From contig JBAUDS010000444.1 of assembly GCA_049678185.1 (NCBI GenBank), positions 7,158 through 71,157 of the forward strand: a stretch of 64,000 bases of DNA. The letters are read 5' to 3'. This DNA comes from Thermoanaerobaculia bacterium. Its GTDB lineage: Bacteria > Acidobacteriota > Thermoanaerobaculia > Multivoradales > JAHEKO01. Both the position numbers and the translations under genes were made by a program. The notes beneath the pieces were generated by a model. The model worked only from the letters and a program-made list of their open reading frames with translations, ran no database searches and was not told the DNA's origin. Shown here one piece after another: positions 28,057 through 37,366 of this stretch. Each line of letters starts with the position of its first letter. Within the stretch, counting starts at the first letter, position 1.

Positions 28057-29282
28057 GCCCACCCTTTCGTGTCGTCATCACCGGCATCGGTGCGGTGAGC
28101 GCCTTTGGGTGGGGGGTGGACGCCCTGAGGCAGGGCCTGCAGTCCGGAAAGACCGCAATCACCGAGCCAAAATCGTTCAACACGAATGGACATCGCACTC
28201 GCGTTGCAGGGGAAGTCCCTGAAGCCCCGGCGGAAATAGAGGCTGCGTTCTCCGACTGGGATCGACTTTCTCGAGCCGACCAATTTGCCGTAGCGGCCGG
28301 CTTCGAGGCAGCTCGGCAGGCGCGGCTTGACGATCCGACGCAAGGCTGCGGTGTCTACTTCGGTAGCAGCACCGCCGGGATGCTCGAGTGCGAGGAGTAT
28401 GTGGCCCGTCTCTTGGGGGTACGAGCGGGACATCCACGACTGGGACAGCTGGCCTCGCAGCAGCTGAACGCGCCTGGGGACGCACTGGCCCGGGCGCTGG
28501 GCGTGACCGGGCCTGTCCAGAGTTTTTCCACTGCTTGTGCATCGGGTACCTTGGCGGTCGGTGCGGCTCGCGATGCCTTGCGCAACGGAGAAGTAGAGGC
28601 TGCCCTTACGGGAGGCGCAGACTCGCTCTGTCAACTCACCTACGGTGGCTTCAACTCCTTACGCGCGGTGGACAAGAGTCCCAGTCGCCCATTTCGAAAG
28701 GACCACTCCGGCTTGAGCTTGGGCGAAGGGGCGGGGGTGCTGGTCGTGGAAGACCTCGAGCATGCGGTCAGCCGAGGAGCTCGCCCTCTGGCCGAGGTCC
28801 TTGGGTTTGGGGCCAGCTGCGACGCCCACCATATGACCGCACCACAACCTGAAGGCGAGGGGGCTCTCGGCGCGATGAAGGCCGCACTCGCCGACGCCGG
28901 AGTCGAGCCGCGGCAGGTGGGCTTTTTGAATACCCATGGAACCGGCACACCGCACAACGACGAAGCCGAAGCTCGCGCCTGTGCACGCCTTTTGGAGGAG
29001 CGTCTTTCTCAGGTGCCGGTGTCGGCAACCAAGGCCGCCGTCGGTCATCTCCTGGGGGCGGCTGGGGCGCTCGAGGCCGTGGCGACCGTTCTCGCCCTGA
29101 TGGAGGGAGCCGTCCATCCGACCCCTGGTGCGGGAGAAATGGATGCAGAGCTGGGGCTCGATCTTGTCGTGGGCGAGGCGCGTGAGCTCGAGAACGGAGC
29201 TGTGGCGATCTCCACCAACCTGGCCTTCGGGGGCGCCAACGCAGCTCTGGTGCTGCGGGCGTGGAGTGGAGAGACCGCGTGA
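28053..29282 (+). CDS. beta-ketoacyl-ACP synthase (KS-alpha / FabF-like)
   Basis: The active-site Cys is in STACASG, and both His residues are present in HMTAP and NTHGTGTPHND. An ATGA overlap joins it to the ACP. Confidence 0.9.
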   Translation: MSPPFRVVITGIGAVSAFGWGVDALRQGLQSGKTAITEPKSFNTNGHRTRVAGEVPEAPAEIEAAFSDWDRLSRADQFAVAAGFEAARQARLDDPTQGCGVYFGSSTAGMLECEEYVARLLGVRAGHPRLGQLASQQLNAPGDALARALGVTGPVQSFSTACASGTLAVGAARDALRNGEVEAALTGGADSLCQLTYGGFNSLRAVDKSPSRPFRKDHSGLSLGEGAGVLVVEDLEHAVSRGARPLAEVLGFGASCDAHHMTAPQPEGEGALGAMKAALADAGVEPRQVGFLNTHGTGTPHNDEAEARACARLLEERLSQVPVSATKAAVGHLLGAAGALEAVATVLALMEGAVHPTPGAGEMDAELGLDLVVGEARELENGAVAISTNLAFGGANAALVLRAWSGETA

Positions 29283-30511
29283 CCCAGGCTCAGGCGGCGG
29301 TCGTCACCGGCCTCGGAGTAGTCGAAGGCAGTGGCTGGGGTATGGAGGCAGCGGCCGCGAGCTTTGCCGCGCCTGACCCCCAGCCGGTAGAGGTGGATCG
29401 CTCGGCTGGCTTTCATCGAGGAAGCCGAGCACACTGTGCTTTGCTCGTTGATCGAGCTCCACGGCGTGATTGGTTGTCCCCAATGGCGGCTCGGCGGATG
29501 AGCCCAGCATCACAGTTTGCTGTTTGTGCCGCCAAGATGGCGGTCGAAGAGGCCGGGCTGCAGCCGGAAGACATTGCGGGGAGAACGGCAGTCGTACTGG
29601 CTACTACGTATGGCGCCGTCGACACCACCGAAGGCATTCTGCGCCAGATCTTCCTCGACGGGCCGAAGACGATCTCACCCGCTCTTTTTACAGAATCTGT
29701 AGCCAATGCCCCGGCCGCGCACATCGCCATTGCCCTGGGAGCACGAGGACTCAACCTCACTGTGACCCAACACCAAGCGAGTGTGGCTGTAGCGTTGAGC
29801 CGCGCCAAGTTCGAGTTGGCCGCAGGCCGCGCGGATCGTGTGCTGGTGGGTGCGGTAGACGAGATAACTCCGATGCTGCATGCGATCCTGGACAGGTTCA
29901 AAGCCCTGGCGGTGCCGGACCCAGATGGAGCCGAAAGGGCACGTCCCTTCGATCGACGGAGAACCGGCTGGCTGGCGGCAGAGGGCGCCGTGGTAGCTCT
30001 CCTGGAGCGTGAAAGCGATGCGCGGCAAAGAGGAGCCCGGGTTCTGGCCCGCCTCTTGGGAGCGGGGAGTGCTTTCGATCCTCAGGCGCCCAGAACCGGT
30101 TGGGGAAAGTCACCGGGAATCCTGGCTGATTCTCTCCGCGAATATCTGGCTCGCGAGCGGTGTGAGATCGAGATGGTAAACAGGATAGTCACCGCTGCAG
30201 GTGGCCATCCGGCGGCCGATCGCCTGGAAGGGCAGCTCATCCGCGAGGTGTGGGGCGAGGCCGAGCTTCCCCCGGTGCTGGCTCCGACCGCGGTTTCGGG
30301 TGCGTACGGAGGATCTCTTCTCTCCGCTGCCATCCTTGCTGCCGGCAACCGGGAGTTCGGGCCTACTCCAGGGTTTGCTGAACCCGACACCGATATAGGC
30401 GTGGTCCCTCACGACGGAAGAGAGCTGTTGCCGGCATCGCACATACTTCTTACCGCCTGCGCGGCAGGAGGGGCAGCCGGTTGGGCGCTGTTCGAGGCCC
30501 CCGAGTCATGA
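29279..30511 (+). CDS. KS-beta / chain-length-factor-like ketosynthase paralog (active-site Cys replaced by Gln)
   Basis: It has the KS fold, but the catalytic position reads TVTQHQASVA, with Q in place of C as in type II PKS CLFs. A GTG overlaps the KS stop as GTGA. The ATG at 29261 is an alternative start. Confidence 0.75.
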   Translation: MTQAQAAVVTGLGVVEGSGWGMEAAAASFAAPDPQPVEVDRSAGFHRGSRAHCALLVDRAPRRDWLSPMAARRMSPASQFAVCAAKMAVEEAGLQPEDIAGRTAVVLATTYGAVDTTEGILRQIFLDGPKTISPALFTESVANAPAAHIAIALGARGLNLTVTQHQASVAVALSRAKFELAAGRADRVLVGAVDEITPMLHAILDRFKALAVPDPDGAERARPFDRRRTGWLAAEGAVVALLERESDARQRGARVLARLLGAGSAFDPQAPRTGWGKSPGILADSLREYLARERCEIEMVNRIVTAAGGHPAADRLEGQLIREVWGEAELPPVLAPTAVSGAYGGSLLSAAILAAGNREFGPTPGFAEPDTDIGVVPHDGRELLPASHILLTACAAGGAAGWALFEAPES

Positions 30512-31206
30512 GCGACACAGAGTCGGTGGCGGCAGCGATACCGGCCTACAATGCGGCTCCTTTTGTAGGCGACGTCGTCCGCCGCACCCTGGCGCAGATT
30601 GGTGAAGTAGTCGTGGTGGATGATGGTTCTGCGGACGAAACCGCAAGTCGCGCCCGGGAAGCAGGTGCAGAAGTTCTGGCGCATGATTTCAATCGGGGAA
30701 AGGGGGCGGCGCTGAGAACAGCGTTCGCATATCTGGCGGAACGTGACTTTGACGCGGTGTTGACTTTGGATGCGGATGGCCAGCATCTTCCAGAGGAGAT
30801 TCCTCGGCTCGAGCAGGCATGGCGGGAAGGTGCGGACCTCGTGTTGGGTACCCGGGACCACCTATTCGACGAGATGGTGTGGCTACGTCGAGCGAGCAAC
30901 ACCGTGTCTTCTGGCCTCATCTCCTTTGCCGCCGGGGTTCGCCTGGCCGACATCCAAACCGGTTTCCGCATCTATTCGAGATGTCTTCTGGAGGCCACGG
31001 GTTTTCCCGAGAATCGTTTCGAAGCCGAGAGCGCGGTTGTTGTGCGGGCGGCGCGGCGGGGTTTCAAGATTGCGACGGTTCCGGTGGAGTTGGGTTTTGC
31101 CGACGGCCGTTCCACAAGTCACTACAGACCGGTTATCGACAGCCTGCGAATCGCGGAGGCGGTCATCCGCGCCCGATTGGGCAGTATGAAGGGACAAGCA
31201 CAGTGA
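30508..31206 (+). CDS. glycosyltransferase family 2
   Basis: The N-terminus AIPAYNAAPFV ... VVVVDDGSADET carries the DxD region (DADGQH). An ATGA overlap joins it to the CLF. Confidence 0.8.
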   Translation: MSDTESVAAAIPAYNAAPFVGDVVRRTLAQIGEVVVVDDGSADETASRAREAGAEVLAHDFNRGKGAALRTAFAYLAERDFDAVLTLDADGQHLPEEIPRLEQAWREGADLVLGTRDHLFDEMVWLRRASNTVSSGLISFAAGVRLADIQTGFRIYSRCLLEATGFPENRFEAESAVVVRAARRGFKIATVPVELGFADGRSTSHYRPVIDSLRIAEAVIRARLGSMKGQAQ

Positions 31207-31928
31207 CGGAAGTCATCTTGGTAACGGGTGGAAGCAGAGGCATCGGGCGGGCGATAGTGGAGCGGCTCACCCGCTCCGGCCACACCGTTGGTTTTACCTG
31301 GCGTACAGATGAAACGCTCGCCAAAGAGGTCGAAGGCACAACCGGCGGCAAGGGAAAGGCTTTTCATCTGGACCTGACCGACCGGAAGCGGCCGGCACCT
31401 CTCGTGGCCGAGGTAGAGGCCGAGCTGGGACCATTGAGCGGTCTGGTCAACAACGCTGGTATTCAGCGCACGGAGCTGTTGGCGCTGACCTCGGATGCAT
31501 CGTGGGACGAGATCTCGGATGTGAATCTCGGCGGGGCCTTTCGCGTAACCCGTGAGGTATTACGCTCCATGGTGCCACGCCGACGGGGCTCGATCGTCAA
31601 CTTGGCCTCTCTTTCTGCCCTCCATGGTTTAGCGGGGCACGCTGCCTACGCGGCGTCGAAGGCCGGTCTTCTGGCCATGACCCGATGCCTGGCGAGAGAG
31701 ATGGGCGGTCGAGGCATTCGGGTAAACGCCGTTGTTCCCGGTTTTGTTGCCACCGAAATGACCAACGATCTGCCCAGTGAAGTCGTCTCTCGACTCCGCT
31801 CGGGCGAATGCCTGCCAGACGGGGTAACCGCCTCTGCGGTGGCCGAGGTTGTCGCTTTCCTCCTCTCGGAAGCGGCAGCGGCCGTCACCGGACAGGCGCT
31901 GCCGGTAGACGCGGGCACTTCAGCCTGA
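31203..31928 (+). CDS. 3-oxoacyl-ACP reductase (SDR, FabG-like)
   Basis: It has the TGGSRGIG cofactor motif, NNAG, and a catalytic S ... YAASK triad. A GTG start overlaps the GT2 stop as GTGA, giving a 241-aa product. Confidence 0.85.
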   Translation: MTEVILVTGGSRGIGRAIVERLTRSGHTVGFTWRTDETLAKEVEGTTGGKGKAFHLDLTDRKRPAPLVAEVEAELGPLSGLVNNAGIQRTELLALTSDASWDEISDVNLGGAFRVTREVLRSMVPRRRGSIVNLASLSALHGLAGHAAYAASKAGLLAMTRCLAREMGGRGIRVNAVVPGFVATEMTNDLPSEVVSRLRSGECLPDGVTASAVAEVVAFLLSEAAAAVTGQALPVDAGTSA

Positions 31929-31935
31929 GCCGCCC

Positions 31936-34395
31936 ATGGGAGTGTTGGCACGGATAGTGGCGCGGCACCCAAGAACCGTGGTGGCGGTTGCCCTGGTGCT
32001 GTGGGCGTTGGCCCTTATACCTGCTTCGCAGCTTCGGCTCCGCTTCGAGCTGGAATCTCTGCTACCCGGTAACTCACCGGCTGCAGCCGCCTACGGCGAA
32101 TATTTGCGTCTCTTCGGCGGGGTGAGGCGGGTCTTTGTGATCCTGCAGGCGCCCGAGGACACGGAAGGCGTTAGCTCAGCCCTGCTGACAGAAGCTGGAG
32201 ACCGGCTGGCTGAGCTGCTGGAGGAAAGTGGCGAGGTGTCGTCCGCCCGAGCTGGAATTAGCGACGAGGATCAGCGTGAATTCCTGACCAACGTTGTTCA
32301 ACGGGCTCCGTTGCTCGTTCCTGGAGACGATTGGCTCGAGCGGGTGGTCGCGCACCTCGACCCGGAGGCCATTCACGACAGGGTGCTGCAGATCCGCGCC
32401 TCATTGCTGATGCCCGGCGGTGGCACGACGGCCCGACTCGCTGTACACGATCCGCTGGGCTTCGCCGCAGAATTGCCTCTATTGCAGGAGCTTCCCTCTG
32501 GCATTCCTGTAGATCCCGTCACCTTGGGTTTTGTCTCTCCCGACGGTCGAAGCGCGTTGGTGGTAGCCGAGCCGTCGGCAGCGGAGTTGGATGCAGTGGC
32601 CGGGCAGCGACTGCAAAAGGCCATTGAGGAAGCGGCTGCAACGATTCGCTTGGAACTCGAGGAGGATCTGGTAGTGCGTGCGGTAGGCGGTCCCCTCTAC
32701 GCGGCACACGACCAGCAGGTCATCCGTTCCGATATGGAGCGGACGCTGGCGTACACGGCTCTTCTCTGTGGAGGATTGCTGGTGGCCGTTTTTGGGGGCC
32801 CCGCGATTCCCGTCGCCGGCTTGGTGGCACTCGCCGCAGCCCTGAGCTGGCTTGCCGCCGGCGTAGCGCTGACCGCCGGCGGTGTCACGGCGGTGGCCGT
32901 CGGTTTTTCGGCCGTTCTGGTGGGCTTGGGTCTGGATACAGCCATCCACGGTGGTGCCGCCTTGCGTCGGCGGCAGCTGGAGGCCACCTCGAGCGCAGAA
33001 GCCCTGGAAATGGCCTTTGATGACGTCGCCCGGCCGGTGGTTGCCGCGGCTGTTACCACTGCCGCGGCCTTTGGCGTGCTCATCGCTTCGAATCTGCCAC
33101 CTCTGCGGGAAGTTGGCGGAGTGGTGGCGGGAGGCATGCTAACCGTGGTGGTTTCGACCGCGACTTTGGGCGCCGGGTTGGCACTTCTGCTGTCGCGCAA
33201 ACCCAAGACCCCAGGATGGGCGTGGACCGTGCTTGGTCGTGCAGTGGACGCCATCGTCGAGACCGCCAGCCGTTGGCCCCGTGTTGTTTTGGCCAGCGCC
33301 TTGGTGCTTACTGCCGTAACTCTCCCGGCTGCTTTCAAGCTCGAGATTCGACCGGATCTCACCGGTCTGCGGCCCTTGGATCACCCTGTTCTCGAAGCCG
33401 AACGGGCTCTGCGTGAGTTCTTTGGCGTAGGAGAGGATGCCGCCACTGTCTTGGTGCGAGGTGATGATCTGGATGGGGCCCTGACCCAGGCGCGCGCGGT
33501 GATTGGCGTGCTCGAGGACTCAGGGACAGGTGTTACCGTCGTTTCACCGGTCGGTCGTATCATCGGTCCCGACGAGGCGGCCGGCCGGCTCGAGGCTCTT
33601 CAAGCTCTGCCACTGACAGAGGCAGTTGCTAGATTCCAGTCCGAGGTCCGTTCCGCCGGGCTCAACCCCGCGGTTTTCTCGCCGGGGCTGGACGCTCTGA
33701 GGGAGTTGGCCGACGGCAGAAGTCCAGGTGGAACATTGCCCGCCGCAGACGAGCAGCTCAGGGTACAACCCTCGGGCGAGGTGTGGGTGGCGATGTTGCT
33801 CCGCCAATCGGTGGACCCATGGCCTGACGGGCCGCCGATCGAAATTAGATCCGCAGTGACCCAGGCAGCTCCATCGGCGTTGATCGCGTCGGTGCCATGG
33901 GTCGGTGAGGATCTTCGCCGCGTGGCTGCCAAAGACCTCCGCAGGCTTTCCGGGCTGTCTCTGATCATCGTGGTGGGCGTAGTGTTGGCGTCATTTCGGG
34001 GCCGACCTGCCCCGTCACTGCTTGCCCTGGGTCCAGTATTCTTTGGCACCGCATGGTGTTTGGGGTTGTGGTCTCTCATGGGTCGTCCTTTGGATCTGGT
34101 CGGTCTGGCCGTGCTGCCGGTGATGTTGGGTATCGGGATTGACGACGGCCTGCATGCGGTCCATGGTGCGAAACCCGGGGGTGTCGAAAGGATCGCGGGC
34201 TCTGTCCGCCGCTCCGGACCCGCCATGACCCTCACCACCATCACGACCTGCATTGGATTCAGCAGTCTGGCGCTGTCGCGCCTGCCGGCGCTGCAGGCGG
34301 TAGCCCTTCTAGTACCCATCGGGGTGGGATCGTGTCTGGTGGCGACACTGGTGCTGATGCCCGCCACAGCCTCTCTTTTTCACGGGCGAGAATGA
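31936..34395 (+). CDS. MMPL-family (RND superfamily) exporter
   Basis: The 819-aa protein has two repeated 6-TM bundles with large periplasmic loops, which is typical of the MMPL-like exporters found in aryl-polyene clusters. Confidence 0.8.
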   Translation: MGVLARIVARHPRTVVAVALVLWALALIPASQLRLRFELESLLPGNSPAAAAYGEYLRLFGGVRRVFVILQAPEDTEGVSSALLTEAGDRLAELLEESGEVSSARAGISDEDQREFLTNVVQRAPLLVPGDDWLERVVAHLDPEAIHDRVLQIRASLLMPGGGTTARLAVHDPLGFAAELPLLQELPSGIPVDPVTLGFVSPDGRSALVVAEPSAAELDAVAGQRLQKAIEEAAATIRLELEEDLVVRAVGGPLYAAHDQQVIRSDMERTLAYTALLCGGLLVAVFGGPAIPVAGLVALAAALSWLAAGVALTAGGVTAVAVGFSAVLVGLGLDTAIHGGAALRRRQLEATSSAEALEMAFDDVARPVVAAAVTTAAAFGVLIASNLPPLREVGGVVAGGMLTVVVSTATLGAGLALLLSRKPKTPGWAWTVLGRAVDAIVETASRWPRVVLASALVLTAVTLPAAFKLEIRPDLTGLRPLDHPVLEAERALREFFGVGEDAATVLVRGDDLDGALTQARAVIGVLEDSGTGVTVVSPVGRIIGPDEAAGRLEALQALPLTEAVARFQSEVRSAGLNPAVFSPGLDALRELADGRSPGGTLPAADEQLRVQPSGEVWVAMLLRQSVDPWPDGPPIEIRSAVTQAAPSALIASVPWVGEDLRRVAAKDLRRLSGLSLIIVVGVVLASFRGRPAPSLLALGPVFFGTAWCLGLWSLMGRPLDLVGLAVLPVMLGIGIDDGLHAVHGAKPGGVERIAGSVRRSGPAMTLTTITTCIGFSSLALSRLPALQAVALLVPIGVGSCLVATLVLMPATASLFHGRE

Positions 34396-35363
34396 CAGAC
34401 GACGCAAACCCGGCGCCACCGCATGCTCCAGACACCAGAGGCCGCCTCCGCAGGCTTCTCGGCGCCTACCACGTGACGGGTGTCTTCTGGTACCGATTCC
34501 ATCATTGGGGCATGTCTATTCTCCCCGAGTGGGGGGTTCATGTAGCCATCTCCGTTTTTACGCCGTTTTTCTTCATTTCGCTGCGGCGGATCCGCAAGGC
34601 CATCGCCAGCAATCTCGAACCTGTCCTGGGACCTTGTGGCTGGTGGCAACGTCAAGGTCGGATCTGGTGGACCATGTGGACCTATGCGTGGTGTCTCTCC
34701 GAGCGGTACGAGTCGCTGAGTGGCAAAGGGTCAGCGCAGATCAGCGCGGACGGAGAGGACCGATGGCACGAGCTGATGGCCAGCGATCGGGGTCTTGTGT
34801 TCGTAACGGCCCATATCGGTCACTGGGAGATCGGCTCGCGGCTGGGATTGACTCGAGCTAATCGGCGCGTCCACGTCATACGTGAGGGGGAGGTGGACCC
34901 GAAAGCCCAGGAATTCATCCGCGAGCTCTTGGCTCGGGAGTCGGAAGCGAACTTTGAGATGCACTTCGCGGACGAGTCGGATCCGTCTCTGGGTGCCCAT
35001 CTCCTGGGGGCGCTGAGGGATGGCGACGTGGTCGCACTGCAGGGAGACCGTCCACGAGCTGGAAGCCGCTCCTGGACCGGCAGCCTGTGTGGCCGGCCGA
35101 TGGAGCTGCCGGTAGGACCGGCCGCTATCGCGCGTGCGGCCCAAGTACCGCTCGTGCCGGTGTTTATTTTCCGAGATGGCCGTCACCGGTCTCGGGTGTT
35201 CATACGAGCCCCGATTTCGGTCCCGTCCACCGACGATAGAACCGCCGACATCGCGAGTGCGCTGCAGCGGGTTGCCGACGAAGTGGAGTGGGCCATCCGC
35301 CATGAGCCACACCAATGGTTCTGCTTCCGGGAGCTATGGCCGGAGGCCGATGACCTTGCCTGA
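34392..35363 (+). CDS. lysophospholipid acyltransferase (LpxL/HtrB-like LPLAT)
   Basis: The AHIGHWE motif matches the HxxxxE acyltransferase motif. An ATGA overlap joins it to the MMPL stop. Confidence 0.75.
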   Translation: MTDDANPAPPHAPDTRGRLRRLLGAYHVTGVFWYRFHHWGMSILPEWGVHVAISVFTPFFFISLRRIRKAIASNLEPVLGPCGWWQRQGRIWWTMWTYAWCLSERYESLSGKGSAQISADGEDRWHELMASDRGLVFVTAHIGHWEIGSRLGLTRANRRVHVIREGEVDPKAQEFIRELLARESEANFEMHFADESDPSLGAHLLGALRDGDVVALQGDRPRAGSRSWTGSLCGRPMELPVGPAAIARAAQVPLVPVFIFRDGRHRSRVFIRAPISVPSTDDRTADIASALQRVADEVEWAIRHEPHQWFCFRELWPEADDLA

Positions 35364-35406
35364 CGGACTTTTGCCGAAGAGTCCGCTGTCCTTCAATTCA
35401 CCAGTG

Positions 35407-35850
35407 TCAAGCAGGAGTTGAGAGGCTAAGACGACCCTCAGCAGCCTCTTCCCCATCGAGAGTAACGGTAAACGAGAATGTTGCCAGATCTCCCATCTGG
35501 GCCTCGAGACGAACCCGAGCCTCGAGGGCCTGGTCCACGCAAACCTCGGGTACAAACAGCCGAGTCTCACGCAGACCGACCAGAAAGCCGAGCTCCGGGT
35601 GCGGCAGGTCCTCGGTTTCCGTGGCTTTCAGAAGACCGATGAGAACTCCTGCCGCCTGCGCCGCGAAGTCCACCACCAATAGTGCCGATACTCGCCCCTC
35701 GGCAACATAGGGGTGGCTGTGTGGGATACGGCCAGCAAGGGTGGCCGTCCTGCCCACGTGCTCGATCACTTCGGTCACCAGCAGCGCCGGAGGGCGGTGC
35801 GGTAGGAGATCTATCAGAGCGTCGGGGTCGCCTTGCCCACGCGGTCGCAC
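35407..35850 (-). CDS. hotdog-fold 3-hydroxyacyl-ACP dehydratase (FabA/FabZ-like)
   Basis: The LPHRPPALLVTEV N-terminal block and a His in the HSHPYV region mark the hotdog fold. The start is uncertain. The maximal ORF would overlap the downstream lipoprotein gene by 180 nt, so the in-frame GTG at 35850 was used, although it has no clear RBS. Confidence 0.5.
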   Translation of the reverse strand: MRPRGQGDPDALIDLLPHRPPALLVTEVIEHVGRTATLAGRIPHSHPYVAEGRVSALLVVDFAAQAAGVLIGLLKATETEDLPHPELGFLVGLRETRLFVPEVCVDQALEARVRLEAQMGDLATFSFTVTLDGEEAAEGRLSLSTPA

Positions 35851-35867
35851 CAGAGGATCAGCTACGA

Positions 35868-36284
35868 CTAGTCTTCGGGTTTGGCAGAGTCTTCGGGATA
35901 TTCGAAAACGTAGCTCATCATCTCTTCGAAGGTCCCGTCGGCATTTGGCAACGCCCGCTGTGCCGCGGTGAAGAGGAACTTGACCTTGACCTTTTCGTGC
36001 TTGACATTGGCTTTCAGCCGGAGAGTCAGTTCGACCTTCGTACCGCTGCAATCCACATCCAGGACGGTGAATGTAGCCCCCTCGGGAATCTCCTCGTTGT
36101 CCCTTTCCAGCTTGACGATTCCTCCCGGTGCTACTTTCGTGTCGTAAAGGGGTTTCTTGGCGATAAAGATCCTGCCCTCCAACTTGGTAGCCAACTCGGG
36201 GCAGTCGGAGTCAGCGGCGGCCAGCGAGGGGAAGGCAGTCAGCAGCACTGCGAGAGCCAACACGGTGAGAAACAAGGATTTCAT
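35868..36284 (-). CDS. small secreted protein or lipoprotein of unknown function
   Basis: It has a signal peptide (MKSLFLTVLALAVLLTAFPSLAAADSDC) and a 138-aa product. Confidence 0.5.
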   Translation of the reverse strand: MKSLFLTVLALAVLLTAFPSLAAADSDCPELATKLEGRIFIAKKPLYDTKVAPGGIVKLERDNEEIPEGATFTVLDVDCSGTKVELTLRLKANVKHEKVKVKFLFTAAQRALPNADGTFEEMMSYVFEYPEDSAKPED

Positions 36285-36321
36285 GGTTACACCTCCTGAG
36301 TAGGTCATCCGGCTCGAGGGT

Positions 36322-37281
36322 TCAATGCCGGGCTGTCGAAAGGTCCGCCCAGCCCTCGATCTCCACCAGCAGGCCATCACGGCAGAGGCCTACCCTGAGG
36401 AGCTCGATTTCTTCGAGTCCGGAAAAAGCAGTGCGTACGAGATCTTCAATTGTACTCTTGTCCCTCTCCTGCGGGTAATAGACCCGCAGCTGGCGGAACC
36501 TTCCGAGCAGAGCCTGCCGCTCACACTCCAGGTGGACTTCTGGTAGATCGACTATCAGACCGGAGGCGACCACCGACGCGAGATTGTGGAATGTTTCCTC
36601 AATCTGGGCCTCGAGGTCGCCGAGGTGAAGTGTGGTCTCGCCTCGAATGGAAGCCGTACCGCCGACCAGCAGTCGAGAGGGAGTGCCGGCTGTCTCTTCC
36701 AGCCGTGTGGCCCGGGAGAAACATGGCGGTAACGGACCATAGGCCCCGGAATAGCGGTAGGGAGCAATCTGACGGGGGTTGACTACCGGTAATCCTGGTT
36801 GGTCCGCGGCTAGCGCGTAGACGATCAGGTCGTCACCTTTGGTGCCGATTCCCGATGCGCAGGCAACCCTCTGGTCGAAGTCTCCACGCTCTCCGTACCA
36901 CCGGGAGTAGGCATTGAATCGCCCGGCGTTGAATGCCATGTAGCGATGCGGCAGGCTGCTGAGCGGCTCGAGAATCCCGGGGATGAGATTCCAGACGCGC
37001 ACGAGATGACGATCTCCCGCCGCGGTCAGCACCAATTCGTAGGCCTGTTCCACCTTCCGTTCAAGACCCTCTTGGTCGAGATATCGAGCCGCTTGGAGTC
37101 GAACGGCCACGAGCGTGTATCCCTCGCCCGTCCGGCGGCTCAAGAAGAAACCCTCGGGAGCTTCCAGCCCCAGCTCCGGACCGGGACCCACCAAATCGAG
37201 AACCCAGGGTTGGGGCTGACAGATCGACGGCTCAGCGGTTGAAGGCGGAGGGATGACTCGGGCAGCGAAGTGCTGAGGCAT
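36322..37281 (-). CDS. putative chorismatase, FkbO/Hyg5/XanB2-like (N-terminal domain plus RidA-fold C-terminus)
   Basis: The assignment is tentative. The protein is 319 aa, its C-terminal third (LLVGGTASIRGE ... LHLGDLEAQIEETFHNLASVV) resembles the RidA/YjgF fold, and the gene sits within a halogenase / aryl-polyene-like cluster. Confidence 0.35.
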   Translation of the reverse strand: MPQHFAARVIPPPSTAEPSICQPQPWVLDLVGPGPELGLEAPEGFFLSRRTGEGYTLVAVRLQAARYLDQEGLERKVEQAYELVLTAAGDRHLVRVWNLIPGILEPLSSLPHRYMAFNAGRFNAYSRWYGERGDFDQRVACASGIGTKGDDLIVYALAADQPGLPVVNPRQIAPYRYSGAYGPLPPCFSRATRLEETAGTPSRLLVGGTASIRGETTLHLGDLEAQIEETFHNLASVVASGLIVDLPEVHLECERQALLGRFRQLRVYYPQERDKSTIEDLVRTAFSGLEEIELLRVGLCRDGLLVEIEGWADLSTARH

Positions 37282-37366
37282 GCAGGATCGACACTACGCG
37301 CAAACTTCAGCGAGCGTCAATTAGATAGGCCACCAGTATTGGAGAACCAATCCGTTCGACTCCTCG

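Noticed and set aside
35407-36051. The maximal 214-aa dehydratase ORF starting at ATG 36051.
   Set aside because: Its first 60 residues are Arg/Gln-rich and non-hotdog, and they would overlap the lipoprotein gene by 180 nt. An internal GTG start was preferred, although it has no clear RBS and the start remains uncertain.
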